From positions 224,936,001 through 225,000,000 of the forward strand of contig OX597814.1 of the NCBI GenBank assembly GCA_951406725.2: DNA of 64,000 nucleotides, in the 5' to 3' direction. The translations under genes were made by a program, and so were the position numbers. Below are positions 15,371 to 30,289 of this stretch, piece by piece. The notes beneath the pieces were generated by a model, which was not told where the DNA came from, ran no database searches, and saw only the letters and a program-made list of their open reading frames with translations. How positions within the stretch are numbered: the stretch's first letter is position 1; each line of letters opens with the position of its first letter. This DNA comes from Octopus vulgaris (taxonomy: Eukaryota).

Positions 15371-15750
15371 ATTGCCTTGGAGATTCTGTTGATGATTTCA
15401 GCATCTATGTTGGCATTGCAGGAGAGAGTGCTGCCCAGGTAGGTGAAGTTTTCCACCGCTCGTAGGATCCGTCCGTTCACCTTTATCTGAGGTTCATGGT
15501 ATTGTTTGCCGGGGGCTGGCTGAAACATCACTTCGGTTTTCTTGGCACTGATGGTGAGACCGAAGTTGTCACAGGCTGATGAGAACTTGTCCATCCCGAG
15601 CTGCATCTCCTGCTCATCGATTGCGTTAAGGGCGCAGTCGTCTGCAAAGAGAAAGTCTATGACGACTGTCTCGCTCACCTTTGTGACGGCCTGCAATCTT
15701 CTGGAGTTGAAAAATTTCCCGTCCGTCCTGTACTTGATGTCGATGCTGAG
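15371..15750 (-). pseudogene. RTE (BovB-like) reverse transcriptase fragment
   Basis: Open frame YRTDGKFFN.RRLQA.TK..FLFADDCAL..FGLTIS.KKTEVM..FTYLGS..EI.NRISKA. Confidence 0.9.
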
Positions 15751-16015
15751 GATCAAATGTACAAGCCAATGATGAAATTGAGCTATGTTGTTATTTTTTG
15801 TTGTTTTGTTTTTACTGCTTTGCCCTGGAGCAAGAGATCATACCCTATTGTATGCCCTCTGCCACCTTTGAGCTCGATGCTTTTAATGTCTACCTTGAAC
15901 GGTTACAAGTAGACGTTTGAAGGTAAGGGAGAGGATTCCAGAAGATAAAAGTTCCTGATTGGAAGAGCTGGACATAGCGGTTTGCATTAGTTAAGTTGGT
16001 GAAATTCTCAGACGT

Positions 16016-16128
<113 letters not shown>

Positions 16129-16539
16129 AAGTTGGTCACTCTTGGCAATTCAACCAGAAAATATAATGACGGTCGCTTCTGAGTGGGCCCATTGAAGGAA
16201 GTGCCTGAGGTCTCTATCTACACGAAACTTCCAGGAATAGTTAAAAGTGAAAGTAGACGAACGTTTTTCAAGTTCAATTATCCCTGTGGATTCTCTAAGG
16301 TCCTGAACTAGAAATTCGCGTCGCAACTGAGAATCACTTCACTATAGCGGGTAACTATTATATTCTCAACTTCTGGAAAAATGAACCTAAGAAAGTAAAC
16401 TGAGCATGTAATGCACACAGAAGAGGCTGATATGCACAGAGCGAAAAAAAAATAACCAGGCATTCTATAGATTTTTAAAAATACTTATGCGTAAGCTTAA
16501 CGTTATATTAAACTAACGCATATTTTATTATTAATAATT

Positions 16540-16920
16540 AAAGCGCCGAGCTGGCAGAAACGTTAGCACGCCGGGCGAAATGCTTAGCGGTATTTCGTCT
16601 GCCGTTACGTTCTGATTCCAAATTCCGCCGAGGTTGATTTTGCCTTTCATCCTTTCGGGGTCGATTAAATAAGTACCAGTTACGCACTGGGGTCGATATA
16701 ATCGACTTAATCCGTTTGTCCTCTCTGTGTTTAGCTCCTTGTGAGTAGTAAAGAAATATGTATTTCGTCGCCACGTTCTGAGTCCAAATTCCGCTAAAGA
16801 TGACTTTGCCTTTCATCCTTTTGGGATCGATAAATTAAGTACCCGTCGAGAACTGAGGTCAATGTAGTCGACTATCCCCTTTCTTCAAATTTCAGGCCTT
16901 GTGCTTATAGTAGAAATAAT
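16540..16920 (+). mobile_element. SINE family C plus tandem partial copy
   Basis: Collinear with 13213-13439. Confidence 0.88.
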
Positions 16921-17450
16921 CATTAATTAACAATTAATTACAGTTTATTAATAAACTATTAATTACGTTTTCCCTCAAAATGGGAATATCCTGCCAGATT
17001 AATTTAGCCATATGGATTCACAAGAAGTGTCTCTACGTCATAACTAATTCGAGTATCAATCCAAAGAGAATACTAAAGCGTTATTTCAGAAAGTGCTGTT
17101 AATATATCAAATAATAAAACAATATCAAGATGCTCATCTGTTAAATATCTTGCAATGTACCTTAAACAATTAAAATGTTTTTACAGGTCTGTCATAAATT
17201 CATATCTAATTTACTGCGTGTTCTTAAGTAACTAGAATTGTTTCGAGTCAACGAAGAAGGGGGTCTCCATACCGTCTCTTAACCTACTAGAAATAACAAC
17301 CGAATTCCTTCAACTCAAATTCTAACGGTTTCAAACAGGAAGAACACATTGGACCACCGTAGTCCTTGATATGCAATAAATAAATGAATAAAAAATAGCA
17401 CGAAATGATCGAAACTGGAATATGTTTCATCATAGGTTTGCTTGATTAAG

Positions 17451-17825
17451 GTGGAGGCGCAATGGCCCAGTGGTTAGGGCAGCGGACTCGCGGTCATAGG
17501 ATCGCAGTTTCGATTCTCAGACCGGGCGTTGTGAGTGTTTATTGAGCGAAAACACCTAAAAGCTCCACGAGGCTCCGGCAAGGGATGGTGGTGATCCCTG
17601 CTGTACTCTTTCACCACAACTTTCTCTCACTCTTACTTCCTGTTTCTGTTGTACCTGTATTTCAAAGGGCCGGCCTTGTCACTCTCTGTGTCACGCTGAA
17701 TATCCCCGAGAACTACGTTAAGGGTACACGTGTCTGTGGAGTGCTCAGCCACTTACACGTTCATTTCACGAAGATTCGGATCAACCGGAACCCTCATCGT
17801 CGTAACCGACGGAGTGCTTCCACTC
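17451..17825 (+). mobile_element. SINE family D (tRNA-Arg-like head)
   Basis: Head tggcccagtggttagggcagcggactcgcg..ttcgattc and 12-bp TSD tgcttgattaag. Confidence 0.9.
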
Positions 17826-18092
17826 TGCTTGATTAAGATTGTCCTGGAGCTTAATATCAACAACAGTTACAAAATTTCCAGTTCTTACGCAAGATGTTTT
17901 GTCGCTGTTGTGTGGGATGAAATATGTTGGTGCAGTTTCCCACCTATACCTATTACTCGCTGTCTTTTCTGTTTATTTCTATCTCATCAATCGTTAGATG
18001 CCATAAAATAGTTTTGCATTAAAATGATTTATCTCTATATATTATTTTTGATCATTTACTCTCGCTTTCTTTCCTTTTTTTCTATCTGTCTG

Positions 18093-18130
<38 letters not shown>

Positions 18131-18467
18131 GCTCGTTCTCTCTTATTCTTTCTATTACAGTCATCCTCACTGTGTTCTTTCATTAATTTACCATGGACAC
18201 AATTCTTCTTTCGCTTCTAATTCCGTCACACTTTTGCTAATTACACTCACCCACATACCAACCCACACAGCAAAATGCACATATATAGATATCAAATATG
18301 CACCAACACTCACACACACACACACACACACACGCACGCACACAGAATCTATAAATCCCAGAAGACAATTTCAAGTTTTTAAACATATATAACTCTCATT
18401 CTTTATGCACTAACTCTGTAAATTTTACAAACAGATTTCAGGTAAATTATGTGATCCTACATGACCA

Positions 18468-18696
<229 letters not shown>

Positions 18697-20048
18697 GTCT
18701 GTCAGTCTGCCTGCCTACATGCCTGTCTGTCTATCGCTCTCTCTGTCCATCTGTCTGTATTTATTATAGTGTATTTATTATAGTGTGTCTAAAAGTACAC
18801 AAAACACCTCGTCTTTCTAAAAGCCATTTATTCTACTTTGCCAATTCTTTCTCCCTTTTCCTTTCTCTTTCTCTTTCCACCTCCTCTGTCTCTTCCTTCA
18901 CTGTTTGTCTCTCTGCCCCCCTCTCTCTCTCTGTTTTTGTGTCTCTCTCTTTCTCCGAGACTCGCTTTCTGTATGTTTTTATATGAACGTTAATTCCTCG
19001 AATGATGCTAACAATTAGTGTCATGTTTTTGTTGCTTTGTTTTTGCTTTTTATTGGTGACTTTCTAATCGTCATCGTCATCACTGCAGTCGTAGTCTAAC
19101 CCAAGATCAAACTCCATAGAGCAGGCCTTATGACTGAAGACACACCAGCCTTAAATATCACGTTTTGTTCAGATATTGTCTACCCTGAACACTATATCAT
19201 CCATCCCCCCTTTTTTTAATGATAAGATGTAATTTGAAGGACATCATTCAGCCTCATACATGCTTCCTCGTGAATCTGGTCCGGGAAAGTTGATTTATAT
19301 TTGCTCAGTTTTTGGTAGGTCTTGACAGATACGTTTATATCGATTGGCACAGTCATATCAATGAGGAGACATCATTAGTGGCTTTTAACCCCAGAGAGAA
19401 AATGAAACTAAGAAGTTCAACAGACAATGGAAAATATCACTGATTAAAAACTCATTCATTTTTAGTTAAAATGTAAATTAGTAAAGTATCAGGGAAGAAA
19501 CGCTTTCTCAGGAAATAAAAAAAAAGGTAAGAGTAGTATTCTATTCTAGGTCCTAAATTGTATTGTTCTAAATTGTATTCTTATTTATTTGAGCAGTTTA
19601 TGAAACTGAATGGGAGCCATCTTCTGGATGGATAGGATACAAAAATTCTGAGTAAATCAGCTTTCCTGAACCTCAGCTCGACAATATGTAAAGCGTAAAC
19701 AACGCACGATGTTTACGCTTTACGCCACTCCTTTGCTGAATCCATAATGGGGCAATACAGCAGCAAATAACTGATAAAATGAGAAGGAATGAGTATCAAA
19801 ACATAAACGGAGCCTCCAGAAAACAGTGGCGCGCCAACACGGTAAATTTGAAAATGCGCTCAGAAATCCATGCCGGAAATCTGAAGGAACCGGAGTTTCG
19901 ATAGCCGGATTTTCGAATGTCAACTGTATATATATATATATATATTAATATTAATTTTAATATCAATTTAAAACTAGTAGTCCAGCATTCAAAAAATCTG
20001 AGGAGTCAGAGAAAATTCAAATATATGTGTATATTGGCAGGGCTGGCC

Positions 20049-20865
20049 TGCTAGGTAGCCGGCCAGAATGCTAGAAGAAGATCATCAACGATCAAACTAC
20101 AAGGGAAATTCTCTAGAGGAAGAATTCAGCGAACACCAGAACCAACTTTGGCGGGCAGGACATATGAAAAATTAAATAAATAACAGACTTAAATGCATAC
20201 CTCGGTTTCGGTCTTAACAAAAAAATTACTTGTATAATTCAAGTGTCCGTGACTTCTTCAGTACATTCGGTCCCTGATGCAAACCGCAAGACTAACCCCA
20301 GCTCTCTGTGTCAAGACAGACACGTGCTTAGTCTTACTGATTACATCGGGAATAAAATTTCAAATGTCTTGGTTCTGGCGCGCTGAGAGACTCCTGAAGC
20401 GAAGGACTGCAGTGAATAATTCACTGAATTATACAAGTAATTCTTTTGTTAAGACCGAAACCGAGGTATGCATTTAAGTCTTTAAATATTTAAATAAATA
20501 CGTTCCCTAGTTGTAAGCACTATCCGCAGTGAATTATTCACTGCAGTCCTTCGCTTCAGGAGTCTCTCAGCGCGCCAGAACCAAGACATTTGAAATATAT
20601 AATCATAAGACTATGTCTGTCTTGACACAGAGAGCTGGGGTTAGTCTTGCGGTTTGCATCACGAGGACCGAATTATTCACGGACACTTGAATTATACAAG
20701 TAATTCTTTGTTAAGACCGAAACCGAGGTATGCATTTAAGTCTGTTGGAATTTTTCATGTCCTGCCCGCCAAAGTTGGTTCTGGTGTTCGCTGAATTTTC
20801 CTCTATTTCCCTTGTAGTTTGATCGTTGATGATCTTCTTCTAGCATTCTGGCCGGCTACCTAGCA
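20049..20865. mobile_element. ~820-bp fold-back element carrying an HHR
   Basis: Arms 20049-20427 and 20526-20865. Minus-strand HHR at 20192-20267: aatgta-CTGAAGA-agtc...gacc-GAAA-ccgagg-TA-tgcatt. A third partial copy sits in the spacer. Confidence 0.8.
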
Positions 20866-21007
20866 TCGTTATACACATATATATATATATATATATATAA
20901 TTATTAAAATTATAAATTATTACCTTTGGAGGTTATTTTTCCATGCTGACCACTTGATATAATCGTTATTTTATTTTAGATTGACGATCTTATCCTTATT
21001 TATATAA

Positions 21008-21051
<44 letters not shown>

Positions 21052-22555
21052 CTGCATGTACATGTGTGTTTGTATATAAACATAACGAACAGTGTTCAAT
21101 ATATTAAGCTAATAATGACAATTAAATTAGCACCCTCGTTTTTCCATGTTTTACCTTAACACTTTTCGAAGCGATCCTGATACACACCAGAAAAATAAGC
21201 GTATATAGATATTAGATATATATTTGGTCAAATAGAGCTTTTAAATACTAAAAATTAATCAAATTATTATAAACGTTTATAATATAAAACCCAATGTTTA
21301 AAATATCGAGAATAAGATGGACAATATGGCTTCTTCATATAAGTGTAGAAATATAATAACAATTTGCGATAGAATGAAAGAAACAGCAGAAGGTAAGAAC
21401 TAGGGTTTTGTTTTTAGAGTTAGCTACTTGCGGAGTAAGTAATATAAATATAAATAGAGATGGGTAAAAGAAAGAGAAAGGTCAATGAATAAGCAAGTAA
21501 CAGACAAATGGAAAGAGATGAAAAAAGATTATAAAACTATGTGGAGGAATGAAAAATGCAGGAAAGGAAAAAGGAATGACAGTGAAGCAGAAAGAAATGC
21601 ATTTACAGATTTTTGCGTAACTACTAGAGAATTGAAGGGAGGCGGAAAGTCACGATAAGTCTAAGAAAGATAGAAAGATGATATGGCGGACACACGCACA
21701 AACACAGTCCTTCAGTTCTTAATTGAAATGATGTGAAATGGTGTACAAAATTCAGTACAAAGCCAAAAATATGTTCCCTTTCAGTTGCGAGAAAAAGTGA
21801 AGTCATCTTATCAATAGTTTGTAGTTCTCACAGGAAATGTTTTTGAACTGCTTTTAGCAGATAAAGACAGAAGTAAAACGGTTTGGAAAGAACTCTAATT
21901 ATCCATAATATTTTGCTATACTTCAAGGAACGTCTAAAAACAAGGCGAATATATAATAGCATAATATGTTCAAGTGATTTATAGAAGTAAGTTCCATAGA
22001 ATAAACTTGGAGACATCTTGAAAAGAGCTCATAACCGGAATTTATCTAATGTACTGAGTGGAAAATCTAAATATGAATTTCTTTTACAAGTACATAAGTA
22101 ACTCATTGCATATCATTCGGCATAATCGAGCACTGACTTCATTGTCTTTAATTTTTCGATTCTTTTTTTCCCAGTCTCCAACCAGTCTATAAAAGAGACG
22201 AGCGTTCTATTTTGGTTCCAGGTTCTGTATATTGTGCATACTTTCCATCAATCATCCTTAAGAAACTCGTTCACAATGTTTTATGGCCCCATTGAACAAA
22301 ATATACCTAGTCATTGCTGAAAAATTTACCATCTCGTCGACGGAAAACTGTAAGTAACGATAAAACTGTAAGGCTGTTTATGGGGCTGTTTCTAACTTTC
22401 AGTGAGCATTTACCGAAGAAATTGTACCTGTGATTTATTAAGGAGTTCTCAGTCCAATGTTTTAAAAGATTTTACCATTGAATGTCACATACAAATTAAA
22501 AGAGAGGGTTAAACCATGCGGTGTTATCGTTATATTTCTTATGACTTTGTGAGAT

Positions 22556-22717
22556 AGGCGCAGGAGTGGCTGTGTGGTAAGTAGCGTGCTTACCAACCAC
22601 ATGGTTCCGGGTTCAGTCCCACTGCGTAGCACCTTGGGCAAGTGTCTTCTACTATAGCCTCGGGCCGACCAAAGCCTTGTGAGTGGATTTGGTAGACAGA
22701 AACTGAAAGAAGCCCGT

Positions 22718-22754
<37 letters not shown>

Positions 22755-22970
22755 ATATGTTTGTGTGTCTGTGTTTGTCCCCCTAGCATTGCTTAACAAC
22801 TGATGCTGGTGTGTTTACGTCGCCGTCACTTAGCGGTTCGGCAAAAGCGACTGATAGAATAAGTACTGGGCTTACAAAGAATAAGTCCTGGGGTCGATTT
22901 GCTCGACTAAAGGCGGTGCTCCAGCATGGCCACAGTCAGATGACTGAAACAAATAAAAGAGTAAAGAGTA
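22556..22970 (+). mobile_element. SINE family B (full length)
   Basis: Runs from the aggcgcaggagtggctgtgtggtaag head to the aaagagt tail. Confidence 0.92.
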
Positions 22971-23720
22971 AAAAAAGAGAGAGCTAGGTTGCATTGCTTT
23001 GTACGAGCGTCATTGTCTTAAGATAATATTGAATATACTTAGGAGCTTCATCTCACCAATTTACTTATTTTCTCTCTATTTGGTCCAATACATTCATAAC
23101 CAATTCTTTTTCCTAACTCTTATATGCTTTCTCCATTTATGGTATCTTAAGTTAGCTTAAATGAGCGATTGCTCTCTGTACCTCCTATATCTTACGCTCC
23201 CTTCATCTTCCGCTTCTTGTAAACTACACTTCCATCTCTGTCAAGTTATAAATATATATATATATATATATACACATATATATACATATTGATTTTTCCG
23301 ATAACGTTTTTATATTTTGTATATTTTTACTATTCTTCAAGCTTCCTGCTGTTTTACCATTTCTTCCTCTCAACTTACATTACCTACTTACATTTTACAT
23401 TTTCGTCGAAGGTTTCTTACGCTATAACTTCCAATTTGTTTTTAAACTTATACCCATTATGATATATTGGCTATTATAAATGCTAAATTTTACTTTATAA
23501 TCGTTTGAAGTTTAGGATTTTAATATTTTTAGTGCCTCACTTTTGATCAAACATATATTTCATATATAAAGATGTCAATTTTCTTAAAATATTTAGTTAT
23601 ATCGCAAAACAGTAACACGAAACTTGGAGTATCAGTGGTGTTGAATATCATCAGTTTTTATTTGTTTCATATATATATATATATATGAAACAGACTGTTG
23701 TAATATCGTTCGCTAATATA

Positions 23721-24309
23721 TCAGGTCATCCCATAAGTTCTGTCCGAGAAGAGAACTTCATGGGAAAAAAGGTTCTTCTCTCTATCTGGTGGGATTGCAA
23801 AGGAGTAATTCACTTGTTACTTCCCTAATGCAACAATCAGTGCTCAAGTCTACTGTCAGCAATTAGAGCGTTTGAACTAAGCTTTGAAGAAAAAAAGACC
23901 CGCCTTAGTGAATCGAAAAGGAGTGAAGTTTCATCAGGACCATGCGCGGCCCCACACTGCAAAGATCAAATCACAGAAGATCGAAGAGCTTGATTGGGAA
24001 AAAATTCCTCATCCACCTTATTCTCCCGACCTTGTTCCTTCAGACTACCATTTATTTCGCAGTTTACAGAATCATTTGGGGGACATAGCTTTCGCAAGCC
24101 AGGAGGAGGTGGAAACTGACATTTCAGAGTTCTTTGCTTTGAAACCAAAAGAGTTTTACATTGATGGGATTAAAAAGGTTGTAAATAGATGAAAGAAAGT
24201 CAGAAATAATCAGGGAAAGTACATTGATGATTAAGTTTCAATCAAATATAACATTTGATCACTTGTTTTCTTTATTCAAAATTCGAACAAAACTTATGGG
24301 GTGACCTGA
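23721..24309 (+). mobile_element. Internally deleted mariner
   Basis: TIRs tcaggtcatcccataagtt and aacttatggggtgacctga. Catalytic half reads FHQDHARPHTA..HPPYSPDLVPSDYHLF. Confidence 0.92.
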
Positions 24310-24784
24310 TAATTCAACTTTTGGCACACAAATTTGTCTTCCCACTCTACATTCTACTATTTCTATTGCAGTGACATTTGATTCTCAGAGCTGGATAATC
24401 GCGTACCATCTCCAATGAGGCCCATACGAAATGCTTATTCCATTATTTTCTCATCCTCCATATTGCGTCCTCACCACATAGATCCGATAACAATCATGTA
24501 GTTCAGTCATTTTTCCTTAGAAATTAGTGACACCGCTGGAATATTCCCTGCAATTGATGAAGAAGCACTTCAACTGCGTCGATCTGACCAATCTTAGAGG
24601 GATCCCCAAGCCAAGCAAATACTTTTGTTCTCTGTTCCTTTGCTTACCTTTTCGAAACATAAGGCGAAAATGAACTCATTCCATATCAATTTGAGGATGT
24701 CTATCGACTGATCGGATATGAGAGAAAATTAAGGTGTACGATCACTCATAACCAAAATTTTCACCGATGATAATACTCTGCTGA

Positions 24785-24900
24785 CTCCATGTAGGGAGAC
24801 TTTGAGCATTTGTGATTGTATGTGAGACAAGTGCGATGTCGTCTGTGAAGTCGAAATTAGTGAGCGTATGCTTCAGATTTTCTCTGCTTTTGGCACACGA
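24785..24900 (-). pseudogene. RTE-like RT remnant
   Basis: LTNFDFTDDIALVSHTITNAQSL. Confidence 0.55.
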
Positions 24901-25325
24901 CATCAAGTCGTAAATGTTTTCCCTTTTATCTATGCGGACTGCAAAAGTTTTGTATGTACTTCTGATGGCGGGGCGTCAGCAAATGTTACCACAATCAATG
25001 TCATTGAAACATGTGTCACCAGCATAAGAAAAAGAGTCCCCAAATAGACGTACGTCAAGATAGTGTTGTTAACATTAAAGTAAAACAACTAATAACGATT
25101 TGAATTATTCCTGTCATGAACGTATATTTCGTTTTCTCTTACCGCATATCTGATTGTACTTTGGCTTTTTAATGTTCCAAGCATTAAATATGCTTTCACC
25201 CACTTAATTGTTAATTAACTGGTGACATTTTAGAATTATGTATTCCTACCTTCAGAAATCTAGTGCATATGAGTACGTATGTATGAATATCTGTGTGTAT
25301 ATGCGCATATGTGCGTGTATGTGTA

Positions 25326-25385
<60 letters not shown>

Positions 25386-25825
25386 TGTGTACGTGTGTAA
25401 TTTGATTCATAAACCAAACGTAATAGTACCTTATTCCACAACATCTGCTGTTTGGCCTAGATAACGATAAAAGATAATCACGTAGTTACAACTTTTTCTG
25501 ATAAACTACAAGAACTGACAATGTCCGCCTCGTCGAAAAATAAGTCAATATCTATTTGAATATTATTCTCACCGATATTTATCTTATCTCTCATATTACT
25601 ATTCTTAATGAAACATTGATCCACTCCTGATATAGTTACTATTTACTGGTCACACACACACGCATACACACACGTGCACACACACGCACACGCATACACA
25701 CACACGCTCGCACGAGCATACACATACACACATATATTTACCATATGTCATATATCCGTTCTCTTTTCGCCTCCCACTATTTCTGGGATGGCCGTTGGGC
25801 CACATATAATGCATACATTCAGACA

Positions 25826-27128
25826 TATTGGAAAGAAAGTAATTTCGTTGTTTTTAGTGTGAAATAAAAGTCATTTTTTTTCATACAAGGAATGAACTTT
25901 AATCACTTATATATTTTCCATTTTGTCTGATCCCCTTTTGCCGTCTTTCTAGCAACTTCATAATTCCGCGCTCATAGAACTTCTGCTCCTTATCAGCGAA
26001 AAACTGAAGCAAGTGCGATTTCAGTACGATTCCAGACGATTTCAGTGCGATTTCATGCGATTTCATTGAAAGTTTTACCATCCAAAGAATTTTGCAAACT
26101 TTGAAATAAATGGTAATTTGATGGTGCAAAGTCAGGGCTATATAGTAGATGTGACATCACATCTCAACTAAGCTCCAGTAATTTTTCACGTGTTAGCAAA
26201 GACGTGTGTGGTCTAGAGTTGTCAAGGTGGAACATGATTCCTTTACGATTTGCCAATTCTGGTCGTTTTCCTTTGATTGCTTCTTCCACTTTCATTAGTT
26301 GTTGACAATAAACATCTGAATTGATCATTTGATTCCAGGAATCAGTACAAAATACACAGCACCTTTGTAATTCCACCAAATTGACGCCATGATATTTTTT
26401 TGAGCTATTCATCTTTCGATGTGGTCTGTACTGGTTCATTACACTTGGACCATGATCGTTTTCCATTGATGTTATTGTATCCATTTTCATCCCCAGTGAT
26501 GATTCATTTCAGAAGAAAGGTCGATTTCATTGTGTTTGAGATGAATATCGCAAATATTGATTCGTTGTGTTACGTGAATCTCTTTCAATTTATGTGGAAC
26601 CCAAATATCCAGCTTCTTAACGAATCCAAGACATTTTAAGCGATTTTCAATTGTTGTGTGTGATAGATTTAACCTCTCTGCAATCTCTCGCACAGATATA
26701 TGACAAAAGATTCAATTATGGCTTTGATTCAGTCATCATCAGCTTCAGTAGGTCAACCAGAACGTTGGCCATCTTTGCGTGAAAAATCTCCAGAACGGAA
26801 TTTTTAAAACCATTTCTGACGCGTGCATTCCGTTAAGCAATCAACACCAAAAATTTCACATATTTCTTTGTGAGCTTCAGCCACTTTCTTGCCTGTACGG
26901 AAATAAAATGGCAAAATATGGTGAAAATATTCGTTTTTGCACTCCATGTTAAAAATGATACTGAACTAACAGTTGTAAACAAAATTACGTGCAATTTGCT
27001 TCTAAAGTAAGCTAAGAGTAACGGTTATCAAATGTCAAAAACGGAAAAATCATAACATTGACAAAAGTCATTTAAAAAATTGCAACTCTCTAGTTGTGTA
27101 AAACGGAATTACTTTCTTGCCAACCCAG
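25826..27128 (-). mobile_element. Degraded mariner
   Basis: Motifs WVPHKL and HLDNSRPHTS. TIR remnants ttggaaagaaagtaatt and aattactttcttgccaacccag. Confidence 0.88.
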
Positions 27129-27368
27129 TACATACATAGATACATATATACGTATAGGTTTCAAATCTTAGCGTAAGACCAACTGTTTCGGTGGAGGGTT
27201 TAAGTCGATTATATCGCCCCTCCCTCGCCAAAGATAGACCGGTACGTATTTTATCGACCCCGAAAGGATGAAAAGCAAAATAGACTACGGCGTAATTTGA
27301 ACTCAGATCGGACGAAATGCCGTTAAGCATTTTATCTAAGCGTTGGCAATCCTGCTAGCTTGCCACCT

Positions 27369-27416
<48 letters not shown>

Positions 27417-27833
27417 ATATATATATATATATATCAAGCACACACTGGGAAGATACATATGCAAGATAATATCATGAACACTTTCCACCAAAAACACCAT
27501 TACAAGTATTTCATTTATTTCTTATCGTATTTTCTACTGAAGAGGGAAAAATCCATAATATTAACCCCGAAATTGATTCAATATAGAAATAACAAACTTT
27601 TTAATAAAATTCTGTTAGCTCGCTTTGCTCGATTTCAGCACGACATGTATCTATAATGAATGTATATTAAAATGTGGACAGTGACGATTTAAAGTCTGTT
27701 CTCAGCATATTGGCATTGAAATAGTTTTCTATTGCCCTTGTTTATAAGTTGTTTATAATTTTAACCTTTATAGGTATTTTAATATGCTGCCACTTTTGAT
27801 GAAATTTTTTCTGAAAAGAATTTTATCCTATAT

Positions 27834-27904
<71 letters not shown>

Positions 27905-28004
27905 GAGTGAGTTGACAAATTCGCGTCACGCTTGAAAATCGGAGTATCGACGAACTTGAATCAAACAGTTTTGATCCACACACGCACAACACACATACCC
28001 ACAC

Positions 28005-28505
28005 ACATGGTTGTGTGATAAGAAGCTTGCATTCCAACCACATGGTTCCGGGTTCAGTCCCACTGCGTGGCAACTTGAGCAAGTGTCTTCTACTATAGCC
28101 TCGAGCCGACGAAAGTCTTGTAAGCCTAGAATAAGAATTAAGCTTACAAAATAAAAAGTCCTGGGGTCGAACGTATCGATCTCAGTACTTACTTTTTAAA
28201 GCTTGATACTCACACTGTCGGGATCTTGTGTCAAACCGCTAAGTTACGGGGACGTAAACACACCATCACCGGTTGTCAAGCGGTGGTGGGAGACAAACAC
28301 AGACACAAAGAAACACACATACATATACATATACACATACATATATACGACGGGCTTATTTCAGTCTCCGTGTGCCAAATCCACTCACAAGGCTTTGGTC
28401 GAACCGAGGCTATAATAGAAGACAGTTGCCTGAAGTGCTACGCAGTGGGACTGAACCCGGAAACATGTGGTTGGTAAGCAAGCTTCTTATCACACAGCTT
28501 CGCCT
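28005..28505. mobile_element. Two opposed SINE B copies
   Basis: Plus partial copy 28005-28170 and minus copy 28170-28505. Confidence 0.8.
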
Positions 28506-28523
28506 GTGCGTATATATATATAC

Positions 28524-28764
28524 ATATTTCTTTACTACCCACAAGGAGTTAAAGGTTAAACACAGAGGAGACAAACAAGGACAGACAAAGGGATTAAGTC
28601 GATTACATCGACCCCAGTGCGTAACTGGTACTTAATTTATCGACCCCGGAAGGATGAAAGGCAAAGTCGACCTCGGCGGAATTTGAACTCGGGACGTAAC
28701 GGCAGACGAAATACGGCAACGCATTTCGCCCGGCGTGCTAACGTTTCTGCCAGCTCGCCGCCTT
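28524..28764 (-). mobile_element. SINE family C
   Basis: Collinear. Diverged copies lie near 1900-2200, 27165-27369, 29040-29250 and 32711-32905. Confidence 0.9.
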
Positions 28765-29590
28765 ATATATGTATATATCTATTGCAGACTAAATAAGACG
28801 TTTACATGTCATAAACTTATTTCGTTGCGAGAGAGTATAGAAAAGTTCATGGCATTAAGGGTTTTACAGGGCTAAGAAAAACTGAACGACCGATACAATA
28901 AGTGTGTGAATCTGAGAGGGTAATATGATGAATACAGCACACACAGACACACACGAATTTTTGCCTTATGCTTTTAACTCCTTGGAAGAGTTGCAGTAAC
29001 GACATCAAGACAGCTGCCGTGTCTTGAGTACTTAATTTCTTTCAGAAAAAGAAGCAGACTGATATAAATAATAAGTGAGAGAAGAGAAAAGGAAATCGAC
29101 CTTATTATAAATTATTTTCAGACCCCGAAAGGATAAAAAGTAAAAACTAACTTTAACGGGTCTTGAACTCAGGGCATAAAGAAACAAAACTATTACGGCG
29201 AAGGAAAAAATAACCGGCTGTGTAAAAAACTGTACCAGTTGGCTCGCCTACGCATGCACGTATTTTGATGTCACTATCTTGCAAAACAAATGGTTTATAT
29301 CTATTTCAAAACAACGTCAATGCATTCGATAATGTGGGAGTTGCTTATGTAATTATTTTTATTCATATCTATACTTCGCAATCAAAAGAGTGTAGCATTG
29401 ACTTGAAGTATGTTTTTGTCAATAATCTTGACATCAGTTTTTCGATCTATATTTTGACGAATCATTAAGTGCAGCTTTTGATTCTGCCATTGTATTTTAG
29501 GCCTATAAACAATTGCGGAAAGCTTGTGCAAACACATACACACAAATACATTCCTATCTCTCTGTTTCTCTCTATTCTTTCTTTCTCTCT

Positions 29591-29654
<64 letters not shown>

Positions 29655-29674
29655 GCACGCACACACATATATAT

Positions 29675-29904
29675 ATATTTCTTTACTATCCACAAGGGAC
29701 TAAACACAGAGGGGACAAACAAGGACAGACAAGGGGATTAAGTCGATTATATCGATCCCAGTGCGTAACTGGTACTTAATTTATCGACCCCGAAAGGATG
29801 AAAGGCAAAGTCGACCTCGGCGGAATTTGAACTCAGAACGTAACGGCAGACGAAATACGGCTACGCATTTCGCCCGGCGTGCTAACGATTCTGCCAGCTC
29901 GCCG
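29675..29904 (-). mobile_element. SINE family C
   Basis: Collinear with 28524-28764. Confidence 0.9.
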
Positions 29905-30289
29905 CACACACATATATATAATGTAACAGGAACTGCATTAGATTAAATTACTGTGTACAATATTTATAATGTATATGCAAATGTAGAACGGTGTAACCTT
30001 TGATAGTTTGCCCCAGAGTGACTTTTGAAAAAAAATTGTGTTGAAAACCCCATTGAAGAAAAAACACAGAAAAAGAAACAGATTCATTGAGAATGTCGTG
30101 GGCGGATCGTCAAACATGGTGCTTTGACCTGATTTGGTCGCTTCAGTAACGAAGAACTCCAGACGTCCTGAGCTAAGCTGAAATATTCTTTTCAATATCG
30201 AAATCAGGAAGAAGACGCAACCTTCACTGTATTGAACGAAAACTGGCCGGCCTAAATGAAATCAATATAGTAGTTATATATATATATAT

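Noticed and set aside
17451-17525. tRNA gene
   Set aside because: It is a SINE head with body and TSD. The same applies to the other tRNA-like heads.
21800-22500. Possible Harbinger transposase remnant (IDGK-like)
   Set aside because: Only one short motif, which is insufficient.
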